From Candidatus Heimdallarchaeota archaeon (GTDB taxonomy: Archaea; Asgardarchaeota; Heimdallarchaeia; Heimdallarchaeales; Heimdallarchaeaceae), in contig JAHLWR010000008.1 in NCBI GenBank assembly GCA_019057815.1, forward strand, positions 64,001 to 128,000: a DNA stretch of 64,000 nt. Reading direction: 5' to 3'. The notes below the pieces were generated by a model, which searched no databases, was not told the DNA's origin, and was given only the letters and a program-made list of their open reading frames with translations. Shown piece by piece: positions 10,140 through 19,600 of the stretch; the first letter of the stretch is position 1; every line of letters starts with the position of its first letter. The position numbers were made by a program, and so were the translations under genes.

Positions 10140-11126
10140 TTGTCTGTAACTATAAAAAGGATGACTCAAATGAAACAATTCTTTAAGAGTTTGACATTTA
10201 AAATTGGTGTACTTATAATCATCGCTGAAATCATTGTTTTGGGAGTAGTGGGGGTAGTTTATATCAATCGATTTTCTAATGAAGTAGATAGAAGAAGTAT
10301 AGAACGACTTCAATTACCAGGAAAATTGATGAGAGCAGGATTATTAGATTATGATGCTGTAGGTGATGAAAATATGATGAGGGAACTTGTTGGGGAAAAT
10401 CTTGTTAATGGAATGGTTGTTGGTATAAATCATATTATCTATTATTCATTGAATTCTAGTCTTTTAGGTTATAGTATATCTGATTTGGACTTTATAAATC
10501 TAAATTGGTTTAATGTTGATATTTCTTATGATCAAATTATTGAAGAAGGTGGGCATTTGATTAGTGTCTCAAGAGTATATTATCCTGATGGTTATACACC
10601 TCAATGGTTTGTTTACATGGAAATTGAAACTCATGAAAGTGTAGTAGAGAAAAGAAACATTTCGATTCTTTTTATTTTAGGCTCTTTAATAGCCTTAATT
10701 CTTACTTCCATTATTATTATTCTTTCATTTAGATTTACAGTGCTAAAAAGAATGAAGAATTTACTTGGTGTTTTAAGAGATGTTCAAGATGGAGATTTAA
10801 AAGCTAGAGTAGGGGAACCAATTTCAGAAGATGAGATAGGTGTTCTACAGAAGGGTGTCAATTCAATGACAGAAGAGCTTCAAATGAGTCAGATGAAAAT
10901 CAAACAATCTCTTGAACAGATTCAAAGAAATATTGAGCAGTTTGGATTCTTGATAGATTCTATACGTAATCCTTTAGCAGTTATGTTGGGTTATTTAGAA
11001 CTAGATTCTCTCGATAGTACAGAACCTTTAATTAAACAGTTAAAAGAGGTTGAAAAGATTCTCAAGCAAATTGATCAAGAATGGATAATCTCTGAAACAA
11101 TAAGAGAATTTCTCAGAAAATACTAG
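10140..11126 (+). CDS. 2-TM sensor with HAMP and degenerate HisKA-like helix pair, no HATPase domain
   Basis: Two TMs, HAMP (GDLKARV..DEIG.L...VN.M), H-box-like DSIRNPL, ORF ends about 50 aa later. Confidence 0.8.
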   Translation: MSVTIKRMTQMKQFFKSLTFKIGVLIIIAEIIVLGVVGVVYINRFSNEVDRRSIERLQLPGKLMRAGLLDYDAVGDENMMRELVGENLVNGMVVGINHIIYYSLNSSLLGYSISDLDFINLNWFNVDISYDQIIEEGGHLISVSRVYYPDGYTPQWFVYMEIETHESVVEKRNISILFILGSLIALILTSIIIILSFRFTVLKRMKNLLGVLRDVQDGDLKARVGEPISEDEIGVLQKGVNSMTEELQMSQMKIKQSLEQIQRNIEQFGFLIDSIRNPLAVMLGYLELDSLDSTEPLIKQLKEVEKILKQIDQEWIISETIREFLRKY

Positions 11127-11223
11127 CTATTGAATTATACATGCGAATATCTTTACTTGAAATTTTTACGCAAAGTATTTTAGTAAGGAAGTGGATTGTT
11201 CTTCTAGCTTTGTAGTGATGTAA

Positions 11224-11589
11224 ATGAAGATTTTGATTGTTGATGATAATGAAGATATAAGATTGATTCTAGGATTAATGCTTAAGGAACAACTGGATTT
11301 AGTATTACTTGAAGCAGGTAATGGTTGTGAAGCAGTCAAGATGTTTATCAAAGAACTTCCTAATCTGGTGATAATGGATATTGTTATGCCAAGAAAGGAT
11401 GGTATTGAAGCAACGAAAATTATTTTGGATAAATTTCCAGATGCAAAAATTATTGGTCATACAGCTTATGCCTCTATTAAAGGTGAAGAGATGTTACGAG
11501 AGGGTGCACTTGAAATTATGTCAAAACCAATAATGAAAAGGGATCTACTACATACGATTTCAAAATATTGTAATGAAGCTGTAACATAA
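11224..11589 (+). CDS. Stand-alone response regulator receiver
   Basis: IVDD, MDIVMP..DG, TA, KP. Confidence 0.95.
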   Translation: MKILIVDDNEDIRLILGLMLKEQLDLVLLEAGNGCEAVKMFIKELPNLVIMDIVMPRKDGIEATKIILDKFPDAKIIGHTAYASIKGEEMLREGALEIMSKPIMKRDLLHTISKYCNEAVT

Positions 11590-11806
11590 TTTAGTGCGAT
11601 CTGTGAAAAGTTTTAGTTTTCTAAAATCTCTGAAAGTTAGGTAGAGATTGTTTCAATTTATCATTCATTATTTCTGGTTTGAAATTTGGTTTAATTACTC
11701 TACAATCTAACTCATTTAACTATATATTTTCAATTATATCAGCGATTGTTTTTTGTCCATTTAGTAAGCTTAAAAAGAAGTGAAAATATTAGCATCACGA
11801 TTATAA

Positions 11807-13000
11807 ATGGTGAAAATAACTAGATTATTTGGAACTCCTTGGTGTTCTGATTGTAAGCTATCAAAATCCTTTCTATCTGAAAATCTTATAGATTACAAGT
11901 ATATAGATATAGTAGATGATGAAGAAGCAGCGAAATTTGTTGAAGGGATAAATGACGGTAAGAGAAAAGTTCCAACGATTGAATTTTCTGATGGAACCTA
12001 TCTAACAGAACCTTCGAATGTTGAGCTTGCAGAGAAACTAGGATTAGTTTCAAAACCCACTAAATCTTCTTATGATGTTCTTATTATAGGGAGTGGTCCT
12101 GCTGGATTGACAAGTGCTATCTATACAGCTCGAGAAGGATATGATACAATTGTTGTCGAAAAGAGTGCATTAGGGGGAAGGATGAATTTTACTGAAAAAA
12201 TAGATAACTATCCAGGTTTTCCAGTAGGTATTAAAGGTGAGAATCTCGCTTCGAATTTTACTAAACAAGCTGAAAGGTTTGGAGTTGAAATAATAAAAGC
12301 TACGCTTGCTACTGAAATTGAGAAAAAAAATCATTATTTTGAGGTAAAAACTTCTCATGGGGGTGTTATTCAAGCAAAAACAGTTATTATAGCCACAGGA
12401 AGTGACTATCGAACTCTTGGTGTCGAAGGTGAAAAGGATTTGATAGGTTATAAGATCCATTTTTGTGCAGTTTGTGATGGACCTTTCTATAAAGACAAGA
12501 AAGTTCTGGTAATTGGAGGTGGAAATTCTGCTCTTGAAGAGTCTCTTTTCTTAGCTCGTTTTGCTTCTGAAGTAGTCGTTACTGAAATCATGGATCAATT
12601 AACAGCTTCAAAGGTTATTCAAGATCAAATCTCTGCTGAACCCAATATTAAAACTCTTACTAGCTATAAAATTAAAGAATTCATTGTTGGAGAGAAAAAG
12701 AAACTAGAAGGTGTAAGGTTTATTGACCTAACTAATGAAGAAGAAGTTGTGCTCAAACCTGATGGAGTTTTTATATTTGTTGGACTAAAACCTAATGTTA
12801 CAATTGTCGAAAAGATTGTCAATTTAGATGAAAGGGGATTTATCAAAACTGATGATAAAATGATGACAAGCCTTCCTGGTTTATTTGCAATTGGTGATTG
12901 CCGAAGTGAATCCACATGGCAGGTTGCTTCAGCTGTTGGTGAAGGAGCGATAGTAGCCTTAAGGATTAGGAATTATCTAAGAAGTTTGCAATCAAATTAA
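11807..13000 (+). CDS. trxB: Glutaredoxin-like domain fused to thioredoxin reductase
   Basis: N-terminal WCSDC and VPTI; IGSGPAG, CAVCDG, GGGNSA, GLFAIGD. Confidence 0.9.
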   Translation: MVKITRLFGTPWCSDCKLSKSFLSENLIDYKYIDIVDDEEAAKFVEGINDGKRKVPTIEFSDGTYLTEPSNVELAEKLGLVSKPTKSSYDVLIIGSGPAGLTSAIYTAREGYDTIVVEKSALGGRMNFTEKIDNYPGFPVGIKGENLASNFTKQAERFGVEIIKATLATEIEKKNHYFEVKTSHGGVIQAKTVIIATGSDYRTLGVEGEKDLIGYKIHFCAVCDGPFYKDKKVLVIGGGNSALEESLFLARFASEVVVTEIMDQLTASKVIQDQISAEPNIKTLTSYKIKEFIVGEKKKLEGVRFIDLTNEEEVVLKPDGVFIFVGLKPNVTIVEKIVNLDERGFIKTDDKMMTSLPGLFAIGDCRSESTWQVASAVGEGAIVALRIRNYLRSLQSN

Positions 13001-13015
13001 TTCTATTTTTTTCTC

Positions 13016-13504
13016 TTACAGCATTTTAATGTTTTCAAGTAGTACTTCTAAATCATCTTCATGTTCAATTTCATCTTCTAGAATTTCTAGAACCATGTTA
13101 TATGTTATTATATCTTTCCCAGATGTTAAATCTACAAGTTTTTGGTATGTAGTAATTGCGCATTGCTCTCCCTTAATATTTTGTTCTAGAATTTTCATCA
13201 CTAAGAAATCCTCCGGTGCTTCATATCCACAATTGGTTTCCTTGTACCAGTCTTCAGGTTTCAACAATGGAGTTCCGCCTAGTTTGACAATTCGATTAAC
13301 TAGCATTCCAGCATGACGAAATTCATCACCAGCGTGTTCCATCAATTCTACTATTACTGCACTGCTCATAGGTCCTTCGATAACTTGTGCTCCTATCCAG
13401 TATTGATAATAAGCTAACCATTCATCCGCTAAAGCTTTGTTGAGCAACTTTATCAATTCATTTATATCCAAATCTTTGATTATTTTTCTTCCATATGTTC
13501 CCAT
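13016..13504 (-). CDS. Dps-like ferritin-family protein (DpsL/thioferritin type)
   Basis: ADEWLAYYQYW, DEFRH, GEQCAI, EDEIEH di-iron motifs; two Cys; start ATG 13504 after GGTG. Confidence 0.9.
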   Translation of the reverse strand: MGTYGRKIIKDLDINELIKLLNKALADEWLAYYQYWIGAQVIEGPMSSAVIVELMEHAGDEFRHAGMLVNRIVKLGGTPLLKPEDWYKETNCGYEAPEDFLVMKILEQNIKGEQCAITTYQKLVDLTSGKDIITYNMVLEILEDEIEHEDDLEVLLENIKML

Positions 13505-13554
13505 TATAAATACACCATACAAAACTCTACCTTAGATTATTAAATTTTACTATA

Positions 13555-13649
13555 AAAAAAAGGAATTGTTATGTCAACCCACATAGGTAACAGTTAAGAA
13601 GGTGGGGACACTGGGGCATGTAATTACAATGAACCGCGTCCGTGATCCC
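13555..13649 (-). ncRNA. Candidate structured small RNA (about 95 nt)
   Basis: GC-rich island with TATA-like TTTATAAT about 22 nt upstream, T8 tract at the end, pairings GGGAU/AUUCC, GGACGC/GUGUCC, CCAC/GUGG. Confidence 0.4.
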
Positions 13650-13904
13650 GAGCTTATAGGAAGCTTTCGATTATAAAGATAAAGAAATATTTAGTTTCAA
13701 AAAAGTACTAATCAGATTATTACCTCCTTTAAATATCACAAGTGATGTATTACTTTTCTTACACAACAAATTTCCCAAGTGCTTAAATCTATTTAAAGTA
13801 TTAAGACATTCATCAAACACCTTAAAAGTTAACTTTCTTTTCTCTATAATTTTTCAGTAATTACAAAACAAGGTTTATTTAGTAAAAACTCTAGTAATTC
13901 CATA

Positions 13905-14090
13905 ATGGTAAGTTCTCTCAAAGTTAACAAAGAAAGAATAAAACAAAGAAGGCGAGAAGTAATGGAAGCTGCGTACCGAGCACGTAATTTCACATCAGAG
14001 CAGCTGACCAAGGAAGCAGCAGACTTCATTGAATTCTGTTTATCTTTGGAGAAAATAAGAAAGAAGAGAGAAAAGGAAAGAAACAAATGA
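13905..14090 (+). CDS. Small helical protein, possible antitoxin/partner of the nucleotidyltransferase
   Basis: 61 aa, ATGA overlap with the next gene. Confidence 0.55.
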   Translation: MVSSLKVNKERIKQRRREVMEAAYRARNFTSEQLTKEAADFIEFCLSLEKIRKKREKERNK

Positions 14091-14656
14091 CCAATCCAAT
14101 TTCAAATAGTCTGATGTATCTTGCACAATATTTCAAAGAACATTCTATTCCTTATGTTATTGTTGGTGGAGTAGCTGTGATGATTACAGGACGAACTAGA
14201 ATGACTCAAGATATTGATATTATTCTAGACCATACTATAATTAATAGAGGGAATTTTCTTGCCTTTTTACAAAAAAATGGTTTTGATGCAACATTGTCAG
14301 ACTTTGAGGGTTTTGATGAAAAATCTCACTGTACCATATTCTTCAAGGAAGGGATGTTCAGAATTGATATTAAAGGGATTTATTCAGAATTAGATCAAGA
14401 AAGTATTGATATGGCAATAGATGAAATATTCAATGGTGTTCACTTAAAAATCAATCATCCACTTAATACAGTAGCATTTAAATTAAAATTTGGATCTGAA
14501 CAAGATTACGAAGATGCTTTAGCTGTATATATAAAAAATCTGGAAATAATCAATAGAGAAGAATTAGTGAAAAAAGCCAGTAAAATGATGATAAAGAATG
14601 AACTAAAAGTGTTCTTAAAGGAAGTTGATGAATTCTTAAAAGAAAAGATGGAATAA
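14087..14656 (+). CDS. Nucleotidyltransferase (DUF6036/AbiEii-like superfamily)
   Basis: GGVAV...GRTRMTQDIDII, KL..GSEQDYED. Confidence 0.8.
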   Translation: MTNPISNSLMYLAQYFKEHSIPYVIVGGVAVMITGRTRMTQDIDIILDHTIINRGNFLAFLQKNGFDATLSDFEGFDEKSHCTIFFKEGMFRIDIKGIYSELDQESIDMAIDEIFNGVHLKINHPLNTVAFKLKFGSEQDYEDALAVYIKNLEIINREELVKKASKMMIKNELKVFLKEVDEFLKEKME

Positions 14657-14918
14657 AATAGCACAAGAATATTTTTTATATTGGAATAGAAGTTTTTCTC
14701 ATATGAATGCTAAAGTTAAGGAAGAAATGGACAAAATGGTGGGATGAAAATAAAATGATATTCAATCTCACAAACAACTAAGACTTTGAAAAATCTTCAG
14801 ACAGAATTTTTTCAATTATGTAACTCGCCTTGTTGCGCAAGAATCAGCGTTTCATCATTTAAGGTCAATTCTATACCAATAATTTCAAAACCTAGGGGTT
14901 TGTTTCAAATGGAAAAAA

Positions 14919-15329
14919 TTAAGTGCATAATTCTAAATCTAAACTATCATCTGTTATGACTTCTCTAATCATTTTGTCAAGATTTCTAAGTTCTAATGGT
15001 TTCATAATATATTTTGATACCCCTAACTCTGATGCTTGATTTTGAAGATTTGACGTAGCTGTAATCAGTAGAATCTTTGTTTTCTGATTATAATTTAGTT
15101 CTTGTAAATCCTCAAGTAATTCTAAACCTGTTTTGTTGGGCATATTATGATCTAATATTATAATATCTGGAGGATTAGCGCTATAATTACAGAATAAGTC
15201 GATTAGAGCCTCTTCTCCATCATATGAATTTCCTACAATTTCATGACCCATTTTCGACAAATATAGTGTATATAAAACATGCAAATCCTTGTCATCTTCA
15301 ACAATATACACTCTTGCCATTATAATCAC
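14919..15329 (-). CDS. Stand-alone response regulator receiver
   Basis: IVEDD, IILDHNMP..TG, ITA, KP. Confidence 0.92.
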   Translation of the reverse strand: MIIMARVYIVEDDKDLHVLYTLYLSKMGHEIVGNSYDGEEALIDLFCNYSANPPDIIILDHNMPNKTGLELLEDLQELNYNQKTKILLITATSNLQNQASELGVSKYIMKPLELRNLDKMIREVITDDSLDLELCT

Positions 15330-16558
15330 TCTATTCTATTTGATACGCTTCTTAATTGATTTTTTGATACTTTATCATCAATATCTTGAATGACTTTGTC
15401 ATACATCCAATCCCCATCGTCACGCCACTTTTGTTTATCTATGTTATAATTATGAACGTAAAACCTGTATTTTACAGCGTTATAACCAAAACTATCTAAA
15501 AGATAGGTTGAGAAATTCTCATATGATAACTTCATTAAATAAGCAAATTGTGTTTGATAATATGGTGGTAATGATATAGAGAGGTACAAATCCTTACCAA
15601 AATCTTCTAGATATACACTAAATGGTGGTCTTTCATTTCGAAGTAAATTAAAAATATCTGATTTCTCGTTCTTTGATATTCCTGATATAACATATGCAAA
15701 CCTAATGAACATCGAGAAATATTTCCTATTTACATCTAACCAATAATTTTCAACGTGGTTATCGAGTATTGAATGATATTTCTTTTTGAAGTCTATATAA
15801 ATTGCATTTTCTGTTTTTTCTTCTGAAAAATAATCCTTTATATGTGGTTTGAAACCCTTGGGCAGTCTATGAAATGCTTCTTTATCTTTAGATATATCCA
15901 AATAACTTTTGTATCTTTCTAATAATTGGCTCATTGGAGTTCTCATATTTGTTGTTATGTCTCTCAAAATAAGCAACTGAATCGGGTGATATTCTATCGA
16001 AGAAGATAAATTATTTTTCTTTTGAGTATTGCTATCTTTTTCGCTTATTTTCTTTGAAAAGTAACTTTTTAGATCAAATTCATCGATATCCATTATATTA
16101 TTACAATAAGGCTGAGGATAAAAAATTCTATTTCCTTCCGATTTATACACGAAAAATTTATCACAATATTCCTTATTATTCACCATTTCTAGAAAAGATT
16201 TGAAATGATTGTATGATCCTACTGGAATGTCAAATCTCGCATATAATCCATATTCACTACCGAATATTCTATTTCTAGATGATGCATATGGATGAATATC
16301 ACATGATAATTCTAACAAACTAACTTGACTTAAAGAAGAAACAAGGAATATAACAACATATCTTTGTAAAAGCATACTTTCAGGATTCAGGGAGGAATGT
16401 ACTGTGCGGATAATGTTTCGTGATTCTAAATCCTTTACACGTCGAATAAGAGTTTGTGTTGAAACACCAATTTTTTCAGCTAATACACTATAAGATTTTA
16501 ATGGGTAATTCTCCAATAATCGCAATATTTCAATTGAGTCTGTAGAGAAACCTTTCAT
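15326..16558 (-). CDS. Large Lrp/AsnC-like winged-helix transcription regulator
   Basis: N-terminal SYS.LAEKIGVSTQT..RRVK.LE HTH, second degenerate HTH (QLLILRDI..NMR.P). Confidence 0.7.
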   Translation of the reverse strand: MKGFSTDSIEILRLLENYPLKSYSVLAEKIGVSTQTLIRRVKDLESRNIIRTVHSSLNPESMLLQRYVVIFLVSSLSQVSLLELSCDIHPYASSRNRIFGSEYGLYARFDIPVGSYNHFKSFLEMVNNKEYCDKFFVYKSEGNRIFYPQPYCNNIMDIDEFDLKSYFSKKISEKDSNTQKKNNLSSSIEYHPIQLLILRDITTNMRTPMSQLLERYKSYLDISKDKEAFHRLPKGFKPHIKDYFSEEKTENAIYIDFKKKYHSILDNHVENYWLDVNRKYFSMFIRFAYVISGISKNEKSDIFNLLRNERPPFSVYLEDFGKDLYLSISLPPYYQTQFAYLMKLSYENFSTYLLDSFGYNAVKYRFYVHNYNIDKQKWRDDGDWMYDKVIQDIDDKVSKNQLRSVSNRIE

Positions 16559-16607
16559 TTATGTCACTCACGGTTGGTGTATCACTATTTGTACTATTGA
16601 CACGTTT

Positions 16608-17066
16608 TTATGGACCTGGAGATAACCCTCCATCTGGGGGGTAGTCTGGATCTCCACCAGGAGGATCAAAAGGTTTTATACTAATTAGGAAAGCACTTTG
16701 ATCTCCATTCACAATCTCAAACCAAACTCTGAAAATATACATCCCACTTTCATAAGCTATATTAATAAAGTAGAATTTGTAAACAATTTCCGTTTCCGTC
16801 CTTATATGGTTATCTCTATAAATAGAGTAGAGTAAATCTCCATGGAATATTACTGAAGCTTCAAGTGTTAAGAAATTAGTTCCTTCCCACATTCTTAGGT
16901 ATACTTCAGCATACACATCATCGAATTTCCCATCACCATCTAAGTCGCAATATCCCACATATTCAATTCTTATTCTGGGATTTAGCGCACTGACATTGAA
17001 AACTTGGAGAAATAAAAACGCTACAAGCAGTACAAATAACCCTTTTAGTACTTTTTTCAGTTTCAT
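16608..17066 (-). CDS. Secreted beta-rich protein with DxDxDG loop and Pro/Gly/Asp tail
   Basis: Signal peptide MKLKK..VSA, DLDGDGKFDD, C-terminal FDPPGGDPDYPPDGG. Confidence 0.7.
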   Translation of the reverse strand: MKLKKVLKGLFVLLVAFLFLQVFNVSALNPRIRIEYVGYCDLDGDGKFDDVYAEVYLRMWEGTNFLTLEASVIFHGDLLYSIYRDNHIRTETEIVYKFYFINIAYESGMYIFRVWFEIVNGDQSAFLISIKPFDPPGGDPDYPPDGGLSPGP

Positions 17067-17245
17067 ATGTACCAAGTGACTATTAGTTCCATACGTTATA
17101 TAAACATATAGAAATGTTGGTCATTAAATCTATTTGTTTATAGGATTATGTTGATTTTCATCATAGTGGCTTTAGCTTCACAGTTTTAAAATAGATAAAT
17201 TACAGGACCAAAAGTATATTTATTGAAGACTCAATACTTAAAATA

Positions 17246-18199
17246 CTAACCTAACGATTTTTCATTTTTCCTTTTTCTTCTTTCAATAATATAAATAACG
17301 ATTATTGCTATACCAACTGCTGATATATTGATTACTTCATCTTTTAAAGTATCAACGATTTCACCTGGTTGTAAACCGTATTCAAACAATTCCCAGAGTA
17401 GATGGCCTCCTGCTACTATTACTCCAGATATCCATTTATTCCTTATAAAACTCCATAAAAGCAGTACAATAACTACACTCATCATGAAATGTAAGAATTT
17501 GTCGAATGAATACCAAGATTGTCCATATAGAAATATATCTAGATAGCCACCTGGAAACCAAGGAAATCCTGCTATGGTTTCAAGAGTCATAGTACTGAAA
17601 ATTATACTGTAAAGCAAAGGTGTTGTACAGAATTCATATGCCCTCTCATTTAGTTTTCCACCTTCTTTCATACTTGAGTAGATAACAAAGAATAATCCTG
17701 ATAAAATGAAAGTTACAGAAAATTGAATCTTGTGATAGATGTCTATGTACCAAGTTGGATCCACGAAATAGGGAACAGGATTAGAAAAAAAGAAACTTAC
17801 TATCAGAATAGCTGCTACTGGTATAATGATCATAACAATTCCCCACCATGATTTAGGCATCTTACGTAGATTTCTTCTTTTTCGACCATGATTAATTGAT
17901 AGAGTTAGAAATACAATAAAGAAAAAGAAACCAGCCATTATCCAATGTTTAAAGACATAATAGTGAATTGTCTTCCCTAGAACTATCTTCAAGAGAGAAT
18001 CTGGAATGGATGTATATTCATAGATACTAGATAATCCTTTCAATATTGGTTCAGGTTCTGTAGCGGTTGACATAATAGATAATGTGTCAACAAGAGTTGC
18101 TAGCCATTCTATTATGAAAAAGAAAGCAAGCGTTATTTTCAGTACTAATAAAGCTATTGAGAGGATTCTTTTCCAGTCTATTGGTTCCTTTTCAGTCAT
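17246..18199 (-). CDS. Polytopic membrane protein with VanZ/DUF2238-like C-terminus
   Basis: About 8 TMs; FDKFLH, WELFE, DTLKD..N motifs. Confidence 0.6.
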   Translation of the reverse strand: MTEKEPIDWKRILSIALLVLKITLAFFFIIEWLATLVDTLSIMSTATEPEPILKGLSSIYEYTSIPDSLLKIVLGKTIHYYVFKHWIMAGFFFFIVFLTLSINHGRKRRNLRKMPKSWWGIVMIIIPVAAILIVSFFFSNPVPYFVDPTWYIDIYHKIQFSVTFILSGLFFVIYSSMKEGGKLNERAYEFCTTPLLYSIIFSTMTLETIAGFPWFPGGYLDIFLYGQSWYSFDKFLHFMMSVVIVLLLWSFIRNKWISGVIVAGGHLLWELFEYGLQPGEIVDTLKDEVINISAVGIAIIVIYIIERRKRKNEKSLG

Positions 18200-18244
18200 T
18201 TCTTAACACTAATCTGTTGTTTGTAAAATTCAAGAATAACGGTG

Positions 18245-19417
18245 TTAACTAGTAGATTTTTTAAATTCTTCTGTCATCTTTTTCACAAGCTCAGAATCAG
18301 TGAAAACCTCTATTGCTGTCATTGCCAGTGCTTTTGCTGCTGTTAGCATTGCTTTTTGTCCCTTTTCTGAAATAGATGCTTTAGCAAATTCTCTTGAATG
18401 TGCTGCAATATCCTCTTCTGCGATTGCTATATAAGGATGGATAGTTGGGCATTCGTGACTAACATTACCTATATCGCTAGATCCTAGACCGCTTTCAGGA
18501 GATATAGGTTTTATAGGTTCTCCTAAAGTTTCAAGGTTTTTTAGAAAAGAGTGTCCCAAGGTTATATTTACATTTCTTGATTTGTAAGGCTGTCCAACTC
18601 TCTTAAACTCCATCCTCGCTCCTGTACTTAGAGCTGCTCCTTCAGCGCATTTTTTCACTTTTTCAATTAGTTCCTGACAATAGTTATTATCAAGTGCACG
18701 AACATAAAATGAAGCAGTGGCATAATCGGGGACAATATTTGGTTTTACACCGCCATGTGTAATAATTCCATGAATTCTAGCATCACTTGTTATATGTTGT
18801 CGTAGAGCATTGATGGAGTTAAAAGTCTGTATGACTGCATCTAATGCATTAATACCTTTTTCAGGGACAGCAGAAGCATGAGCTGGTTTACCAAAAAATT
18901 CTATCGCTATCTCAGTTACTGCTAATCCTTTTCTTCCTACCATCGTATGATTAGCTGAAGGGTGAAACATCATAGCAGCATTAACACCATCAAAAAGACC
19001 AGCGCGAATCATGTAAATTTTTCCTCCTCCCCCCTCTTCAGCTGGTGTTCCCATGAATATTAGTTTTCCTGGTAATTCAGATTTTATTGAACCTAGAGCT
19101 AAAACCGCACCAAGAGCAGATGCAGCAATTAAATTATGACCACAAGCATGATCAATCTCAGGTAAAGCATCATATTCCCCTAGAATGGCTACAGTTTGAC
19201 CTTCAGATTTATCAGGATGAACAGCGTAAATAGCTGTTTCCAAGTCAGCTACACCCAATTTTGTTTCAAAACCAGCGTCTTGAAGCTTATTAGTAAGAAG
19301 TTTAGATGCTTTAAATTCTTTAAAAGCAACCTCAGGATTGTTGAAAATCTCTTTGCTAACTTTAAACAACAAATCCTTATTCTTATCTATGTATAAACAA
19401 ACTTTTTCTTTCAACAT
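18245..19417 (-). CDS. M20 family amidohydrolase (ACY1L2/AbgB-like)
   Basis: EYDALP..HACGHN, GTPAEEGGGGK, GSSDIGNVS. Confidence 0.93.
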   Translation of the reverse strand: MLKEKVCLYIDKNKDLLFKVSKEIFNNPEVAFKEFKASKLLTNKLQDAGFETKLGVADLETAIYAVHPDKSEGQTVAILGEYDALPEIDHACGHNLIAASALGAVLALGSIKSELPGKLIFMGTPAEEGGGGKIYMIRAGLFDGVNAAMMFHPSANHTMVGRKGLAVTEIAIEFFGKPAHASAVPEKGINALDAVIQTFNSINALRQHITSDARIHGIITHGGVKPNIVPDYATASFYVRALDNNYCQELIEKVKKCAEGAALSTGARMEFKRVGQPYKSRNVNITLGHSFLKNLETLGEPIKPISPESGLGSSDIGNVSHECPTIHPYIAIAEEDIAAHSREFAKASISEKGQKAMLTAAKALAMTAIEVFTDSELVKKMTEEFKKSTS

Positions 19418-19600
19418 AAAACTCTATATTGCTTATTTTGCTAGATTATAAAAATATGCTTTCGTTTTTATTCATTTAGCCATCAAGATCCTAAATAATA
19501 CTATTTGCAAACATTGTAAAAATCTAGTGAAAAGCAATTTGAACATATCTTATACGAAATTCTATCTAAACGTTTATAAAAGCTCTCTACGGCACTTATA

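Noticed and set aside
13607-13612. CAGUGU hexamer upstream of a ferritin-like gene, as in eukaryotic iron-responsive elements
   Set aside because: Flanks are CCC and CCCC and cannot form the IRE stem; the hexamer sits inside a different helix
13620-13650. ATGA...TGA near trxB as a possible SECIS element
   Set aside because: Spacing is too short, no apical AA, and trxB has no in-frame TGA (ends TAA)
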